A stretch of 64,000 nt of DNA from Bryobacterales bacterium (GTDB taxonomy: Bacteria; Acidobacteriota; Terriglobia; Bryobacterales; UBA6623), in contig OY729428.2 of assembly GCA_963422375.2 (NCBI GenBank), positions 2,304,001 through 2,368,000 of the forward strand, in the 5' to 3' direction. The notes below the pieces were generated by a model. The model worked only from the letters and a program-made list of their open reading frames with translations. It made no database searches and was not told the origin of the DNA. The translations under genes and the position numbers were made by a program. This document shows, one piece after another, positions 19,147 to 30,191 of the stretch (position 1 is the stretch's first letter; the number at the start of each line of letters is the position of its first letter).

Positions 19147-21117
19147 TCACGACTGCGGGCTCGTGTCGAGCATCCCCCGAAGCATTACGCCCTCCAGCGC
19201 CTTGTTGAACGGACCGGGATCCTCGATCTCGGCCCCCTCGGAGAGAAGAGCGTAGCCGTAGAGCAGCTGGGCGTAGTCGCGGAGCACCGGATCCGTCTTG
19301 TCGTTGTCGAACCGATCCTGCAGTCGCTGGAGGATGTCGTGCGACCCGTTGACCTCCAGTATCCTCTTCTGCTTCGGCCCGTCCGGGCCGGTCATGCGGA
19401 GCATGCGCTCCATCTGAGGACTGAGGTCGTGCTCGTCCACGGTGAGGCAGGCAGGCGAAGTGGTCAGGCGGCTCGACAGGCGCACCCGCTTGACGTGATC
19501 CTCCAGGTGCTTGCCCAGCAACCCGAACAGGCTGCCGAAACGGCGCTCCTTCTCCTTCCGCCCGGTTTCGGACTCGTCGTCGGAGTCGACGGCATCAAGC
19601 TTCAGGTCGCCCTTGCCCACCGACTTCAGCTTCCTGCTGTCGAACTCGGGCAGGCGCTCGACTAGGAACTCGTCAACCGGATCGGTCAGGAACAGCACCT
19701 CGTAGTCTTTCTTGCCGAACGCCTCGATCAGCGGCGAGTTCTCGACGATCACGCGCGATTCGCCCGTGATGTAGTAGATCGACTCCTGGCCGTCCTGCAT
19801 GCGTGAGACGTAGTCCGCGAGCGTCGTCAGCTTCTCCGGGTCGTTCGACGACTCGAACATCAGCAGCGGGACGATGCGGTCCTTCTGCTCGGCGCCGGAC
19901 CCGACGCCTTCCTTGAGCGCCCGGCCGAACTGCTTCCAGAACTTGAGGTATAGCTCCTCGTCCTCGCGCTGCAGCTCCCCAAGCCTGTCCAGGACCTTTC
20001 TCGCGAGGAACTTCTGAATCCGGGCCAAGTGGCGGTTCTCCTGCAGCGTCTGGCGGGAGATGTTGAGCGGAAGATCGGAGGAGTCGACGACGCCCCGCAC
20101 GAATCGCAGGAACCTAGGGAGCACGGCGCCGCAGCGCTCCGTGATCATCACGCGCCGGGCGTACAGCTGCAGCCCGTACTCGGCGCCCCATACGAACATG
20201 TCCGGCGCTGGCTCGGACGGCACGAAGAGGAGCGACTCGTACTCGGAGATGCCCTCGGCCTTGAAACGCATGTGGAGCATCGGATCCTGCCAGTCCGCGG
20301 TGGTGTGCCGGTAGAATTCGCTGTACTCCTTGTCCTTGACCTCGGACTCCGGCCGGGTCCAGATGGGCTTCATGGAGTTCAGCGTCTTGTCCTCGAGGAC
20401 GACCGTCGTCTTGCCGTCCGCCTTGACGACGCCCTTCTCCTCCGTGTCGCGCTTCTCCCGCCGCACCCTGTGGCGGATCGGGTAGGCGATGAAGTTCGAG
20501 TATTGCTTGACGATCCGCTCAAGCGTCCACTCCTCGGTGTAGTCCTCGATACCGGCGTCCTGGTCGACCGGCTTCAGCTGCAGCTTGACGCTGGTGCCGT
20601 GAGCCTTGCGGGACCCCTCGGAAATCGTGTACGTGCCGTCGGCGTTCGACGTCCAGAGCGTCGAGGCATCCTCCCCGGCCTTGCGGGTCTCCAGCTCGAC
20701 TGTGTCGGCAGCCATGAACGCCGAATAGAATCCGACGCCGAAGCGTCCGATCATTTCCGGCGTCGCTCCGGCGTCGCCCTGCTTCCGCAGCTGCTTGAGC
20801 AGCTCCTGCGTTCCGGACCGGGCGATGGATCCGATATTGTCGATGACCTCCTGGCGGGTCATGCCGATACCGTTGTCATGGATCGCCAAGGTGCGCTTGT
20901 CTCCGTCCGGGTCGAGCCGGATCTCAAGCTCCTCACCGTCGGGCAGCAGACCCGGTTCGGTGATCGCCATGAAGCGCAGCTTGTCGAGGGCGTCGGAGGA
21001 GTTGGAGATGAGCTCGCGCAGGAAGATCTCCTTGTTCGTGTACAAGGAATGGATCATCAGGTCGAGCAGCTGCTTGGTCTCGGCTTCGAATGCTCGTGTC
21101 TCGGTCGTGGTTTCCAT
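19147..21117 (-). CDS. htpG: Chaperone HtpG (Hsp90)
   Basis: YTNKEIFLRELISNSSDALDKLRF, DNGIGMT, IGRFGVGFYSAF, DLPLNISR. Confidence 0.98.
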   Translation of the reverse strand: METTTETRAFEAETKQLLDLMIHSLYTNKEIFLRELISNSSDALDKLRFMAITEPGLLPDGEELEIRLDPDGDKRTLAIHDNGIGMTRQEVIDNIGSIARSGTQELLKQLRKQGDAGATPEMIGRFGVGFYSAFMAADTVELETRKAGEDASTLWTSNADGTYTISEGSRKAHGTSVKLQLKPVDQDAGIEDYTEEWTLERIVKQYSNFIAYPIRHRVRREKRDTEEKGVVKADGKTTVVLEDKTLNSMKPIWTRPESEVKDKEYSEFYRHTTADWQDPMLHMRFKAEGISEYESLLFVPSEPAPDMFVWGAEYGLQLYARRVMITERCGAVLPRFLRFVRGVVDSSDLPLNISRQTLQENRHLARIQKFLARKVLDRLGELQREDEELYLKFWKQFGRALKEGVGSGAEQKDRIVPLLMFESSNDPEKLTTLADYVSRMQDGQESIYYITGESRVIVENSPLIEAFGKKDYEVLFLTDPVDEFLVERLPEFDSRKLKSVGKGDLKLDAVDSDDESETGRKEKERRFGSLFGLLGKHLEDHVKRVRLSSRLTTSPACLTVDEHDLSPQMERMLRMTGPDGPKQKRILEVNGSHDILQRLQDRFDNDKTDPVLRDYAQLLYGYALLSEGAEIEDPGPFNKALEGVMLRGMLDTSPQS

Positions 21118-21186
21118 CGTTTTCGCGAATTGCCGTCCAGGGACAGCCGGAATCAAGGGGGCAAGCGGGGCGAACCCCTACCTCTG

Positions 21187-21216
21187 AATCTATTGTGGAA
21201 CGAAGCGAATCGTCAA
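21187..21216 (-). promoter_or_regulatory. Candidate htpG promoter
   Basis: Minus-strand TTGACG-N18-TAGATT about 70 nt upstream of the start. Confidence 0.45.
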
Positions 21217-21504
21217 GCACAGACCGCGCCCCGGCGGCGCGGACAGCCTCTCTTGGGAGCGCCTGGCAGAAGCAGGCACCCTGGCGCCGAGCGACAGGGT
21301 GGCTCGGGACGACGACGGCCGCCAAGCCGACCGGCGCGACGGCGTTCTTCGACGACCGAGACCGATGCCAGAGGATGACCTGCTCTCGCAGCGGCTCCGC
21401 TGTCCCGCGCCATCCCCGGGGGCGGGCCAAGGGCCTCCCCTGCAGGGGATTTGGTGCGGCCCGACCGCACCTTCTTTGGCGTCTCGCGATTTCTCGCGAG
21501 AGAA

Positions 21505-21960
21505 GCCCCTGGGGGCGCTACGCTGAAACGACCTTGATGGTACCCGGTCTCCAGATCGTCCCCCTTGCTGGGCTTGAAGTCGGTAAGAGGGAAAATCCGC
21601 GTCGCCCTGCCGGGAAGCCTTTCGGTGAACCAGATCTGGTCGCGTCGCAGCACGGGCAGGGACATCAGCCGAGTATCCTGTGTCCTCGCCAAGAGTTGCG
21701 CACCCTTCGAATTCGACCGCGGCGAGCAAAACAGTCTCACGACTTCCTCGCATGCGACGCTGTGCAGACTGGCGTCAAGTTCATCGACGAACAAAGGAGA
21801 TCCGTCGTCAATCGCCTGAAACGCTCGGATAAGAAGTACTAGAAGTCGCCCTGTTCCGGCACTCTCCCAATCAATATCGAGGTAGACTTGCGTGCCATCC
21901 TGCCGCTAATGGCCCAGTTCTACAGTGAGTTTTATTTCTAGCAACGAATTGACACGTGTT
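21505..21960 (-). pseudogene. AAA_21 / RloA-AbiEii-like ATPase, C-terminal remnant
   Basis: ESAGT, LFVDELDASLH, AQLL..T.DT.L, LRRDQIWFTE, Y.QGRF. Contains a stop and frameshift, lower GC. Confidence 0.8.
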
Positions 21961-22539
21961 GCCATCTGGAATCCCTTGTGGAGAATTCGACTCAGCCTTG
22001 TCTTGCAGCGGTCGAATTCAAGAATCTGGGAAGTCTTGCAACTAAGCTCCAGAGGGACTCATGCACCGCCAAGACGTTGGTCAGCCGCCTCAACGGTCGA
22101 CTGCGGACCAACGGCGCCCCGCCCGCGCTCGCCTACAGCGACGAGGATCCGCATTGAATCTAGGCGGCGTCTCCTTGCCAGGCTTCCGGCACGTCGCATC
22201 GCCTGCGCTGGCTTGCTACGGCCGGGAGCACCCGTTGCCCGAATCCGTCTCGTGTCGGGTCCGCATGTACCGTCGGGGCGTACGGCAGCATCCTCCGCGC
22301 AACTGCGCTGAAATCGGCCCGGCCGCCGACACATCCCGGACGCGGACGCGACTCTATCGTTACGCCCGATACACCGGGTGTCGCGGGCGGCTCCGCGGAA
22401 CTCCCCGGGTCAGCGGGTCGTTCCCCGAGAGTCTGCCGCCGATGCGATCATCGAGCGGGTCCCGCGGGCATCGCATTTGACCTTCGGCGGGCAGTGCTGG
22501 TAGGTTGGAAGTCGGTTCCCGACCGCAAAGACGCCATCC

Positions 22540-23040
22540 ATGAGCAGACAGACCACCCTGAAGGGCACACCGCTGGAGCTGCAGGGAGAAGAACTCTCTC
22601 CCGGCAGCGCCGCCCCCAAGTTCAACCTGACCGGTGCCGGCCTGAGCGAGGTCTCGCTCGCAGACACCGAGGGTGTCCGCATCTTCAACGTGGTCCCCTC
22701 TCTCGACACCCCTGTGTGCGACCAGCAGATCAGGCGCTTCAATGATGAGGCCGCTCAGCTCGAGAGCGTCTCGATCTACTGCGTGAGTTGCGATCTGCCG
22801 TTCGCCCAAGCGCGCTGGTGCGGCGCGGCCGAGGTCGAGAACGTGACCACGCTGTCCGACTACCGGGACGGAAACTTCGGCAGGGCGTGGGGAACGATGA
22901 TCGACGCGCTGCGGATCCAGTCCCGAGCGGTGTTCGTCGTGAATTCGAGCAACACGATCGTGCATGCGGAGTACGTGCCCGAGGTGACGGAACACCCGAA
23001 TTACGACGCGGCGCTCGACGCGGCACGCGGAGCGGCGTAG
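22540..23040 (+). CDS. tpx: Thiol peroxidase (atypical 2-Cys peroxiredoxin)
   Basis: VPSLDTPVC, DLPFAQARWCGA, RAVFV, EHPNYD. Confidence 0.96.
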   Translation: MSRQTTLKGTPLELQGEELSPGSAAPKFNLTGAGLSEVSLADTEGVRIFNVVPSLDTPVCDQQIRRFNDEAAQLESVSIYCVSCDLPFAQARWCGAAEVENVTTLSDYRDGNFGRAWGTMIDALRIQSRAVFVVNSSNTIVHAEYVPEVTEHPNYDAALDAARGAA

Positions 23041-23092
23041 ACCGAGCCTGTAGCGCGTGGCTCGAGGTGCCCCGCGTCGCGAAAACGGCCGG

Positions 23093-24229
23093 CTAGACCG
23101 GCTGCGTCGGCGCAGGCGAGCCTGTCGGCAGGGTCTCCAAGAAGAAGCGGCACCAGTTCCCGCTGAAGACCGCCCCGACGCTCTGTTCCGAGTACCCGCG
23201 ACGGAGCAGGATTTCACCGATCCGATGCAGGTCGCAGATGGTATTCAGGTCAAGCGGGGTCTGCTCGGTTCCGAAACCGCCGTCGAGGTCGCTGCCGATT
23301 CCGACGTGGACGCTGCTCCCGGTTAGCGAGCAGATGTGGTCGATGTGATCCGCCACGGCGTCGAGCGTGACTCTCAACCGGCCCGGCTCGCCGCGAGCGT
23401 AGCCCGGCGAGAGCATCCACTCGTCCATCACCACGCCGATCACGCCGCCCCGTCCAGCAACCGCCTCGATCTGCCGGTCGCTGATCTGCCTGTCGCCGGG
23501 CACGAGCGCCCGGCAGTTGCCGTGGCTGACGAAGACGGGGCCCGAGTAAACGTCGAGCGCTTGCTCGAACGCAGTGTCGGCGGTGTGGACCAAGTCGAGC
23601 AGCAGGCCCAGCCGGTCGAACTCCCGGAGTAGTTCCCTTCCCGCCGGCGTGAGGGGCCCGTCGCCGCCCGTACCCATCGCATAGGCACTGGGCCCGTAAT
23701 GGGCTAGGCAGGCCGTGCTCAGCCCTTGCGCATGCCACCACTCCGCTTGCGCCGGGTCGATGATCGGGTCGCATCCTTCCATGCTCAGGATGATGCCCAA
23801 GGGAGCGTCCGGTCTCCGCCAGTGGCGCTCGAGATCGACGCTGCTGCGGATGAACTCAAGGTGCCCCTGCTGCTCGAGCAGCCTGTAGTAGGCCAGCTGG
23901 CCTTGCGCCATCGCGCTCGTGATCGTCTGGCTGGCGTAGTCCAGATCCTCCCGTAGGAGGACTTCGGCCCGGCGGCGGTCGCCAATGCCGCCGACATTGG
24001 CGGCCATCTCAGGCACCTGCGCCGGCCGGGCGCGGCAGAGGAGCGTGGCAAGGCAGACCCGCACGTTGCCCCGTCGCATCTCGGGAAGACTTACGGTGCA
24101 TCTCGATCGGCACGCGCCGCTCATGCCTACTTCGCGGCGTCGCATCTCGCCCAGATCCAGCAGCTGGTCCCGGTCGAACGAGAGAGCGTTCCAAGCGATG
24201 TCGAGGTGGGCGTCGATGATTCGTCTCAT
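23093..24229 (-). CDS. Membrane dipeptidase (M19)
   Basis: IIDAHLD, SMEG, DLVH, SHGNCR, HVGIGSDLDGG. Confidence 0.92.
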   Translation of the reverse strand: MRRIIDAHLDIAWNALSFDRDQLLDLGEMRRREVGMSGACRSRCTVSLPEMRRGNVRVCLATLLCRARPAQVPEMAANVGGIGDRRRAEVLLREDLDYASQTITSAMAQGQLAYYRLLEQQGHLEFIRSSVDLERHWRRPDAPLGIILSMEGCDPIIDPAQAEWWHAQGLSTACLAHYGPSAYAMGTGGDGPLTPAGRELLREFDRLGLLLDLVHTADTAFEQALDVYSGPVFVSHGNCRALVPGDRQISDRQIEAVAGRGGVIGVVMDEWMLSPGYARGEPGRLRVTLDAVADHIDHICSLTGSSVHVGIGSDLDGGFGTEQTPLDLNTICDLHRIGEILLRRGYSEQSVGAVFSGNWCRFFLETLPTGSPAPTQPV

Positions 24230-24236
24230 GGCCCGC

Positions 24237-25619
24237 TCACATCAGCCTCGGGATCGAGCGCCACCAGCCGAGCAGCGCGCCCTTGAGGCGCTGGGCGACG
24301 TGCGGATGCTCCGACGCGACGCTCGCCGTCTCGTCGAAGCCCGCGCCGAAGTCGTACAGCTCGACATCGGTGCCATCCGGATTCATAAGCAGCTTCCACC
24401 TACCGTCCCGGACTGCCAGCGCCGGGCTGCGGTCCGACTCGAGGCCCGGGCGGAGATAGGTAGGGTCACGCCCGTACTCCCAGAACAGCGGCCGGGGCCG
24501 GACCGACCGCTCCCCGCGGAATGCCGCGCTCATATCGACACCGTCGAAATCCGCTTCCGGGGCTGCAATGCCGGCCAGCTTGCAGAACGTGGGGAAGAGG
24601 TCGACAGCGCCAAGCACGGTCGCTGCGTTCTCGGCGCCCGCGGGCACCACGCCCTTCCAGCGCGCGATCAGGGGCTCGCGGATTCCGCCCTCGTAGAGGC
24701 TCCACTTCCTCCCGCGCAAGCCGTTCGTCCTGCCGGGAGGCTCGAACCCCTCCTCGTAGTACCGCTTCCAAGCGGTGGGCCCGTTGTCGCTCGCCAAGAC
24801 TACGAGTGTCTTCTCGCCAAGGCCCAGTTCGTCGATCTCGCGGAACAGGCGTCCGAGCTGCCGGTCCATTTCGTCGATCACGGCGAAGTACTGCTGCCTG
24901 TAGGGATTCGCCGCAAACGCCTCGAACTTCGCGAGGAGCTCCGGCTTGGGGAAAAAGCGGTCATGCACGTCGTTGAGCCACACGTGGAGATAGAACGGCT
25001 TGTCGCTGTTCCGGCCGACGAAGTCGATCGCTCGGTCGACGTAGATCTCGGTCATCTGGTGCTTGGCGACGGCGCGGATCGAGCCTCGCCCCAGCTCCCG
25101 GCTCTGCTCCGAAAGCCGGCCCGGCGGCAGAATCCTGTCTCCCAGTCCCTCAAACGACACCAGCGACTCGTCGAACCCGTAGGCCTCCGGCAGCGGGGCG
25201 TCGTCCACGTCGCGGCCGCCTCCCATGTGCCACTTGCCGAAATGCGCCGTGGCGTACCCGGCCTCCCGGAACGCGCGCGCCACGGCGGGAGCTGCGGGGT
25301 TCAAGTAGTCCCGCATGCCGCGCTCCCGGTTGCGGTTGCGCGAATTGAGAAACGAATGAATCTGATGTCGAGCCGGATACTGGCCGGTCGTCACGGCGAC
25401 GCGCGACGGAGAGCAGATGGGAGAACCGACGTAGAACTGCTCGAACCGGATTCCCTCGCTGGCCAGGCGATCGATGTTCGCTGTGCGAATGTCCGGGTTG
25501 CCGTAACAGCTCAAGTCCCCGTACCCCATGTCGTCGATGAAGACGAAGACGACGTTGGCGCGCTCGGCGGCGCCTAGCGCAAGCGTCGCGGCCAAGGCCA
25601 GTGCGATGCGATGGAGCAT
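24237..25619 (-). CDS. Sulfatase (N-acetylgalactosamine-6-sulfatase-like)
   Basis: NVVFVFIDDMGYGD, CSPSRV, GKWHMG, SDNG. Start at ATG 25619 with signal peptide. Confidence 0.95.
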   Translation of the reverse strand: MLHRIALALAATLALGAAERANVVFVFIDDMGYGDLSCYGNPDIRTANIDRLASEGIRFEQFYVGSPICSPSRVAVTTGQYPARHQIHSFLNSRNRNRERGMRDYLNPAAPAVARAFREAGYATAHFGKWHMGGGRDVDDAPLPEAYGFDESLVSFEGLGDRILPPGRLSEQSRELGRGSIRAVAKHQMTEIYVDRAIDFVGRNSDKPFYLHVWLNDVHDRFFPKPELLAKFEAFAANPYRQQYFAVIDEMDRQLGRLFREIDELGLGEKTLVVLASDNGPTAWKRYYEEGFEPPGRTNGLRGRKWSLYEGGIREPLIARWKGVVPAGAENAATVLGAVDLFPTFCKLAGIAAPEADFDGVDMSAAFRGERSVRPRPLFWEYGRDPTYLRPGLESDRSPALAVRDGRWKLLMNPDGTDVELYDFGAGFDETASVASEHPHVAQRLKGALLGWWRSIPRLM

Positions 25620-25833
25620 GGTAGGTTTGAGTGCATCCGATTCGGCCCGTCCCCGGGACGCGGCGGATACAGCATCATACCCCCGACCGGAGCGCGTAGA
25701 GGGATTCGCCACGCTGCCGATTGCCGAAAGCCCGAACGCTGCGAAACCGGCCGAGCCGCGCGACGTCCCACCAAGTGTGCTCCGACCGCGCATCCGGCCC
25801 GGCCTAGGGCGCTGAGCGAGGGCCCCGTCCCGC

Positions 25834-28344
25834 ATGTTTCTGCTTAGAGACCTATCCGTAGCCCTCCGGGCCGTCGGCAAGAATCCGGGGTTCTTCGCCG
25901 TGGCTTCGCTGACGCTCGCGCTCGGCATCGGCGCGAACACCGCTGTCTTCAGCTTGGTGGAGGCGCTGATGCTGCGTTCCCTCCCGGTGGCGCGCCCGGG
26001 GGAGCTGGCGGTGCTGGGGCCCGGGACGGTCGGGGTGTTCAGCCGGAGCGACCGCCCGCAGCCCGCGGTCTTTTCGTATTCCCAGTACGAGGCGCTGAGC
26101 CGGGACAGCAAGGGCGTGTTCTCGGCCGTGGCGGCCGCGCCAACATTCGACACTAGGGCGTACTGGGGCGACCGTGGCGAGGCCGGAGCCGAGTTGCGCC
26201 GGGCCTCGTGCCAGCTCGTCACCGGCTCCTACTTCCCGCTGCTGGGCATCCGCCCGTTTCGAGGGCGGCTCCTCGACAGCAGCGACGACGGCTCGCAAGG
26301 CGCGAATCCGGTAGCCGTCGTCAGCTACCAATTCTGGGCGACCCGCCTAGGCTCCGCGCCGGACGCGGTCGGCTCGACGATCCGGATCCAGAACGCGCCC
26401 TTTACGATCGTCGGCATCGCGGAGCGGCCTTTCCGTGGGCACACGGTGGACTTCCGCACCGACATCTGGGTGCCTATGTCCATGCAGCGAAGCGTGACGC
26501 TGGGGCCGTCGCGACTCGAGCCGACTCGCCCCTACGAGACGTACTGGCTCAACATTCTCGGGCGCGTCCGTCCCGAGATGTCATTCGAGCAGGCCGAAAC
26601 CGCGCTGAACGCACGCCTACAGGAAGTGTTTCTCGAGCATGCTGGCGACGGAATCACGGACGAGGGCCGCAGCGACCTCGCCAAGATCCGGGTCCAGCTG
26701 ACCCCGATGGGCCGCGGCATCTCGCGCGTCAGGAACACCGCGACACGGCCCTTGGCGCTGCTCTGGGGTGCAACCGGCCTGCTCCTGCTGGTGGCCTGCG
26801 CCAACCTAGGCAGTCTGCTGCTCGCCCGCGCGGCGGGCCGCCAGCATGAACTCGGCGTGCGACAGGCGCTGGGAGCCGGGCGGGGGAATCTCATGCGCCC
26901 GCTGCTGGCCGAGGCCGCGGTGGTCGCGGGCATGGGAATGGTCGCTGGCTGCGCGCTGGCGTACTGGCTGGTCCCCCTGCTGAGGGGCTGGCTGGCCGGT
27001 ATCCGCGGCGCCGGATCGCTGGACGCCCGGCTGGCCGGGCCGGAGTTCGCCGTCGCCGCCGCAACGGGGGGCCTAGCCGTCCTGCTCTTCGGCGTCGCGC
27101 CCGCGGCCCTAGCCGCTCGGGACGCCGTTTCGGCGGGTCTGCGCGCCGGCGGCCCGGCGGCCACGGCGGGCCGCGGCTCGGTGCGCGCCCGCAGCGTGCT
27201 CGTCGGCGGCCAGTGCGGTCTCGCGGTCGTCCTGCTCGCTACGGCGGGTCTGTTCCTGAGGACGCTTTCGGAGCTGCGCGCCTCCGACCTAGGACTGGCA
27301 GGAATCCATGCCGTGGGAGTGCGCGTCGACCCGCGGGCGGGCGGATTCGCGCCGGAAACGCAACCGTCGATGCGCGCCCGAATCGTCGAGAGAGCCCAGG
27401 GGCTGCCGGGAGTCGAGTCGGCGGCCTTCACGAGTTCCCTGCCCCTACGCGGCAACTTCGGGATGAGCACGGTTTCCGTTTCGGGCTACACGCCGGCCGA
27501 GAACGAGGAAATGAGCGTCATCGAGGTGTGGGCCGGCCCCGCGTACTTCGAGACGCTCGGAATTCACATCCTGCAGGGGCGGGCGCCGGAACCCCGGGAG
27601 CTCGACGCTCTCGTGGTCAATCGCGCCTTCGCCGAGCGGTTCTATCAGGATGCATCGGCCCTCGGGGGCGTGATCGGGCACCACGGTGGAGCGATCGAGC
27701 GGAAGGGCCGCATCGTCGGGGTCGCAGCAAACGTCCGGCAGGTGTCTCTACGGGACGCCCCGCCTCCGATCATCTACCGCCCCGCGGCAGGCTACGAGGG
27801 ATTCCTGCAGACCCTCGCGGTGCGTTCGTCTGCAGCGCCGGAACGCACCGCCGCCGCCGTGCGCGAGGCCGTGAAGGGGATCGCGCCCGCGATGCCCGTG
27901 GCCCGGGAGTTCGACACCGTGGCCCTGCACCTCGAGCGCGCGGTGGCGCTGGAGCGGATGCTGGCGAGACTGGTGGGAGCTTTCGCCGCAGTGGCGGCGC
28001 TGCTCGCGTCACTGGGCCTGTTCGGCCTGTGCAGCTACACGGTGCGTACCCGCACGAGAGAGATCGGCGTGCGCCTCGCGCTCGGCTCGACCGGCGGACG
28101 GGTGCGGGCACTGGTGTTCCGCCAGGCCGCAATACCCCTTGGCTACGGTGCGGTCGCGGGAATCGCGGGTGCCGGCGCAGTCGGGCAGGTCGTTTCGGGA
28201 CTGCTGCATGGGGCGGAGCCGTTCGAGTGGGAGGTGTCCGCGTTGGCGGTGCTGGTGATCGCAGCCTGCTCCGTCATAGCCGCCGGCGTACCGGCGCTGC
28301 GCGCCGGCCGAATTCAGCCCGCCGAGGCACTGCGTCACGCCTAG
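25834..28344 (+). CDS. ADOP-type duplicated MacB/FtsX ABC permease
   Basis: LTLALGIGANTAVFS, LLVACANL..LLLAR, REIGVRLALG, PALRA.RI.P.EALR. Confidence 0.93.
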   Translation: MFLLRDLSVALRAVGKNPGFFAVASLTLALGIGANTAVFSLVEALMLRSLPVARPGELAVLGPGTVGVFSRSDRPQPAVFSYSQYEALSRDSKGVFSAVAAAPTFDTRAYWGDRGEAGAELRRASCQLVTGSYFPLLGIRPFRGRLLDSSDDGSQGANPVAVVSYQFWATRLGSAPDAVGSTIRIQNAPFTIVGIAERPFRGHTVDFRTDIWVPMSMQRSVTLGPSRLEPTRPYETYWLNILGRVRPEMSFEQAETALNARLQEVFLEHAGDGITDEGRSDLAKIRVQLTPMGRGISRVRNTATRPLALLWGATGLLLLVACANLGSLLLARAAGRQHELGVRQALGAGRGNLMRPLLAEAAVVAGMGMVAGCALAYWLVPLLRGWLAGIRGAGSLDARLAGPEFAVAAATGGLAVLLFGVAPAALAARDAVSAGLRAGGPAATAGRGSVRARSVLVGGQCGLAVVLLATAGLFLRTLSELRASDLGLAGIHAVGVRVDPRAGGFAPETQPSMRARIVERAQGLPGVESAAFTSSLPLRGNFGMSTVSVSGYTPAENEEMSVIEVWAGPAYFETLGIHILQGRAPEPRELDALVVNRAFAERFYQDASALGGVIGHHGGAIERKGRIVGVAANVRQVSLRDAPPPIIYRPAAGYEGFLQTLAVRSSAAPERTAAAVREAVKGIAPAMPVAREFDTVALHLERAVALERMLARLVGAFAAVAALLASLGLFGLCSYTVRTRTREIGVRLALGSTGGRVRALVFRQAAIPLGYGAVAGIAGAGAVGQVVSGLLHGAEPFEWEVSALAVLVIAACSVIAAGVPALRAGRIQPAEALRHA

Positions 28345-28641
28345 CCGAAGGCGACGCGAACGGCCCGGCCGGTCGCGACGCGTGTCGCTCGGGCGATACA
28401 GCGAGAGTTGCCGGCACCGCTCGACCAAGTGTCGACCGCAGCGCGACGGCGGCGACGGCGGGCGGCGCGATGGCCGTTGCCGACGCAATGAATTCAGAAG
28501 CGACCCGCCGCGACCGACCATCGAAGGGACTACGGAGTGGCTCGCTACGCGTACATCCTCTAAGTCTGGCCATTTCCGGATGTCCGGAGTGCCTGAAAAA
28601 GGTGTCGAAGGCAGTTTGGCACAGACAGGCGCTTAACTTTT

Positions 28642-30157
28642 GGGAATTATATATCTGAGTGCCGAGGCAACCGATTTTGCAAATTATCAGTCCATAAATT
28701 AATTTCATATTTCTTCCGGAAATCTGTTGACAGTCGGTGGAGTATTTTGATAGAATATTTCCAATATATGAGGTCGTCTATGAAGCAGAAGGGCCCCGGG
28801 AAGTGGTTTCGTAAAGGCATCACTCTGATTGAAGTGATCGCCATGTTCCGCGATGACGAATCCGCGGAAAAGTGGTTCGCCTCCATGCGCTGGCCCGACG
28901 GTCCGGTATGCCCCCACTGCCGCGGCTCCAGCGTGCAGTCCGGCACGGCCCACCCTTCGATGCCGTACCGTTGCCGCGGCTGCGGCAGGCGCTTTTCCGT
29001 GCGCGCCGGCAGCGTGACGGCCGACACCAAGCTCGGCTACCGCACCCGGGCCGTCGCCCTGTTCCTGCTGACCACCGGCATCAAGGGCGTCTCCAGCATG
29101 AAGCTGCACCGCGACCCGGGCATCAGCCGGAAGTCGGCCTGGCACCTGGCGCACCGCATCCGCGCGTGCCGGGAGCGCGCACAGGGCCTGTTCGCCGGCC
29201 CGGTGGAGGTGGACGAGACCTGCGTCGGCGGCAAGGAGCGCAACCAGCACGAGAGGAAGAAGGCCCGCGCCGGGCGCGGGCCCGTCGGCAAGACGCCCGT
29301 GGCGGGCGCGCGGGACCGCGCCGCGAACGCAGTGGCCGCGCGGCCGCTGCCGGGCACCGCCAAGGGCGACCTGCAGGGCTTCGCGCGCGGCCGGGTCGCG
29401 CCGGGCGCGCAGGTCCGCTCCGACGAGGCGGCGGCCTGCGCCGGCATGGAGCAGTTCCCGCACGAAGCCGTCAAGCACTCCCGCGGCGAGTACGTGCGCG
29501 GGGCGGCGCATACGAACGGCATCGAGTCGTTTTGGTCCCTGTTCAAGCGCGGCCTCTACGGAACCTATCACCGGATGAGCGTCCGTCATCCGGGTCGCTA
29601 CCTCACGCAGTTCGCGGGACGGCGCAACGACCGCGACTGCGACACGGCGGAACGGATGCGGCGCATGGCGCGGGGCCTGGTCGGCCGGAGGCTGACCTAC
29701 CGGCAGCTGACCGGCAAGGCCGCGGTCGCGGCCCGAGCGGCGCCCTCCGCGCCGAGCGCCGCAGCCCGCTGCCGACGCACTCTTCACGCTCGATGCGCTT
29801 CACGCTCGGTGCGAGGGGCGCGCCGGATCCGGAATGCCCCGGCGCGACCCGCGTCCGGCCCGGACCGTCCATGCAGGCCGTCGAGCGCCGGGGATCCGCT
29901 GTCTTCGGCCCTCGCAGGGCACGCAAGCGGCTTGCAAGGGGTGCCCTCCACCGCCAACCGGATTCCACCGGGGCATGCGAGGGGGCCTCTCTTATCCGTG
30001 CCTCGTCCATTCCGCTGGCAGGTTCGATTCAGATACGATCCCACCTTTCCGTGCCTACCGCGGCCGCATTCGAATGACCCCAGCCAGACGCCGACCTCCC
30101 TGCTCACAGCAGTTCTCGTCGGACATGGCGTTGTCGGCACTCAGATATATAATTCCC
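28642..30157 (+). mobile_element. IS1595-family element, type A, copy 2
   Basis: Same TIRs as copy 1, 8-bp TSD TAACTTTT (28634-28641 / 30158-30165). Confidence 0.97.
28780..29718 (+). CDS. IS1595 transposase core (frame open, no stop at usual end, several damaging substitutions)
   Basis: CPHC..CRGC Zn ribbon, VEVDETC, HTNGIESFW, EF.GR.N-like motif. Confidence 0.85.
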
Positions 30158-30191
30158 TAACTTTTCCAAGCGGGATTTGCGAGTGGGATCT

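Noticed and set aside
10650..30157. 19.5-kb composite transposon between type A IS copies
   Set aside because: Outer flanks do not match, copy 2 has its own TSD, and the cargo is ordinary chromosomal genes.
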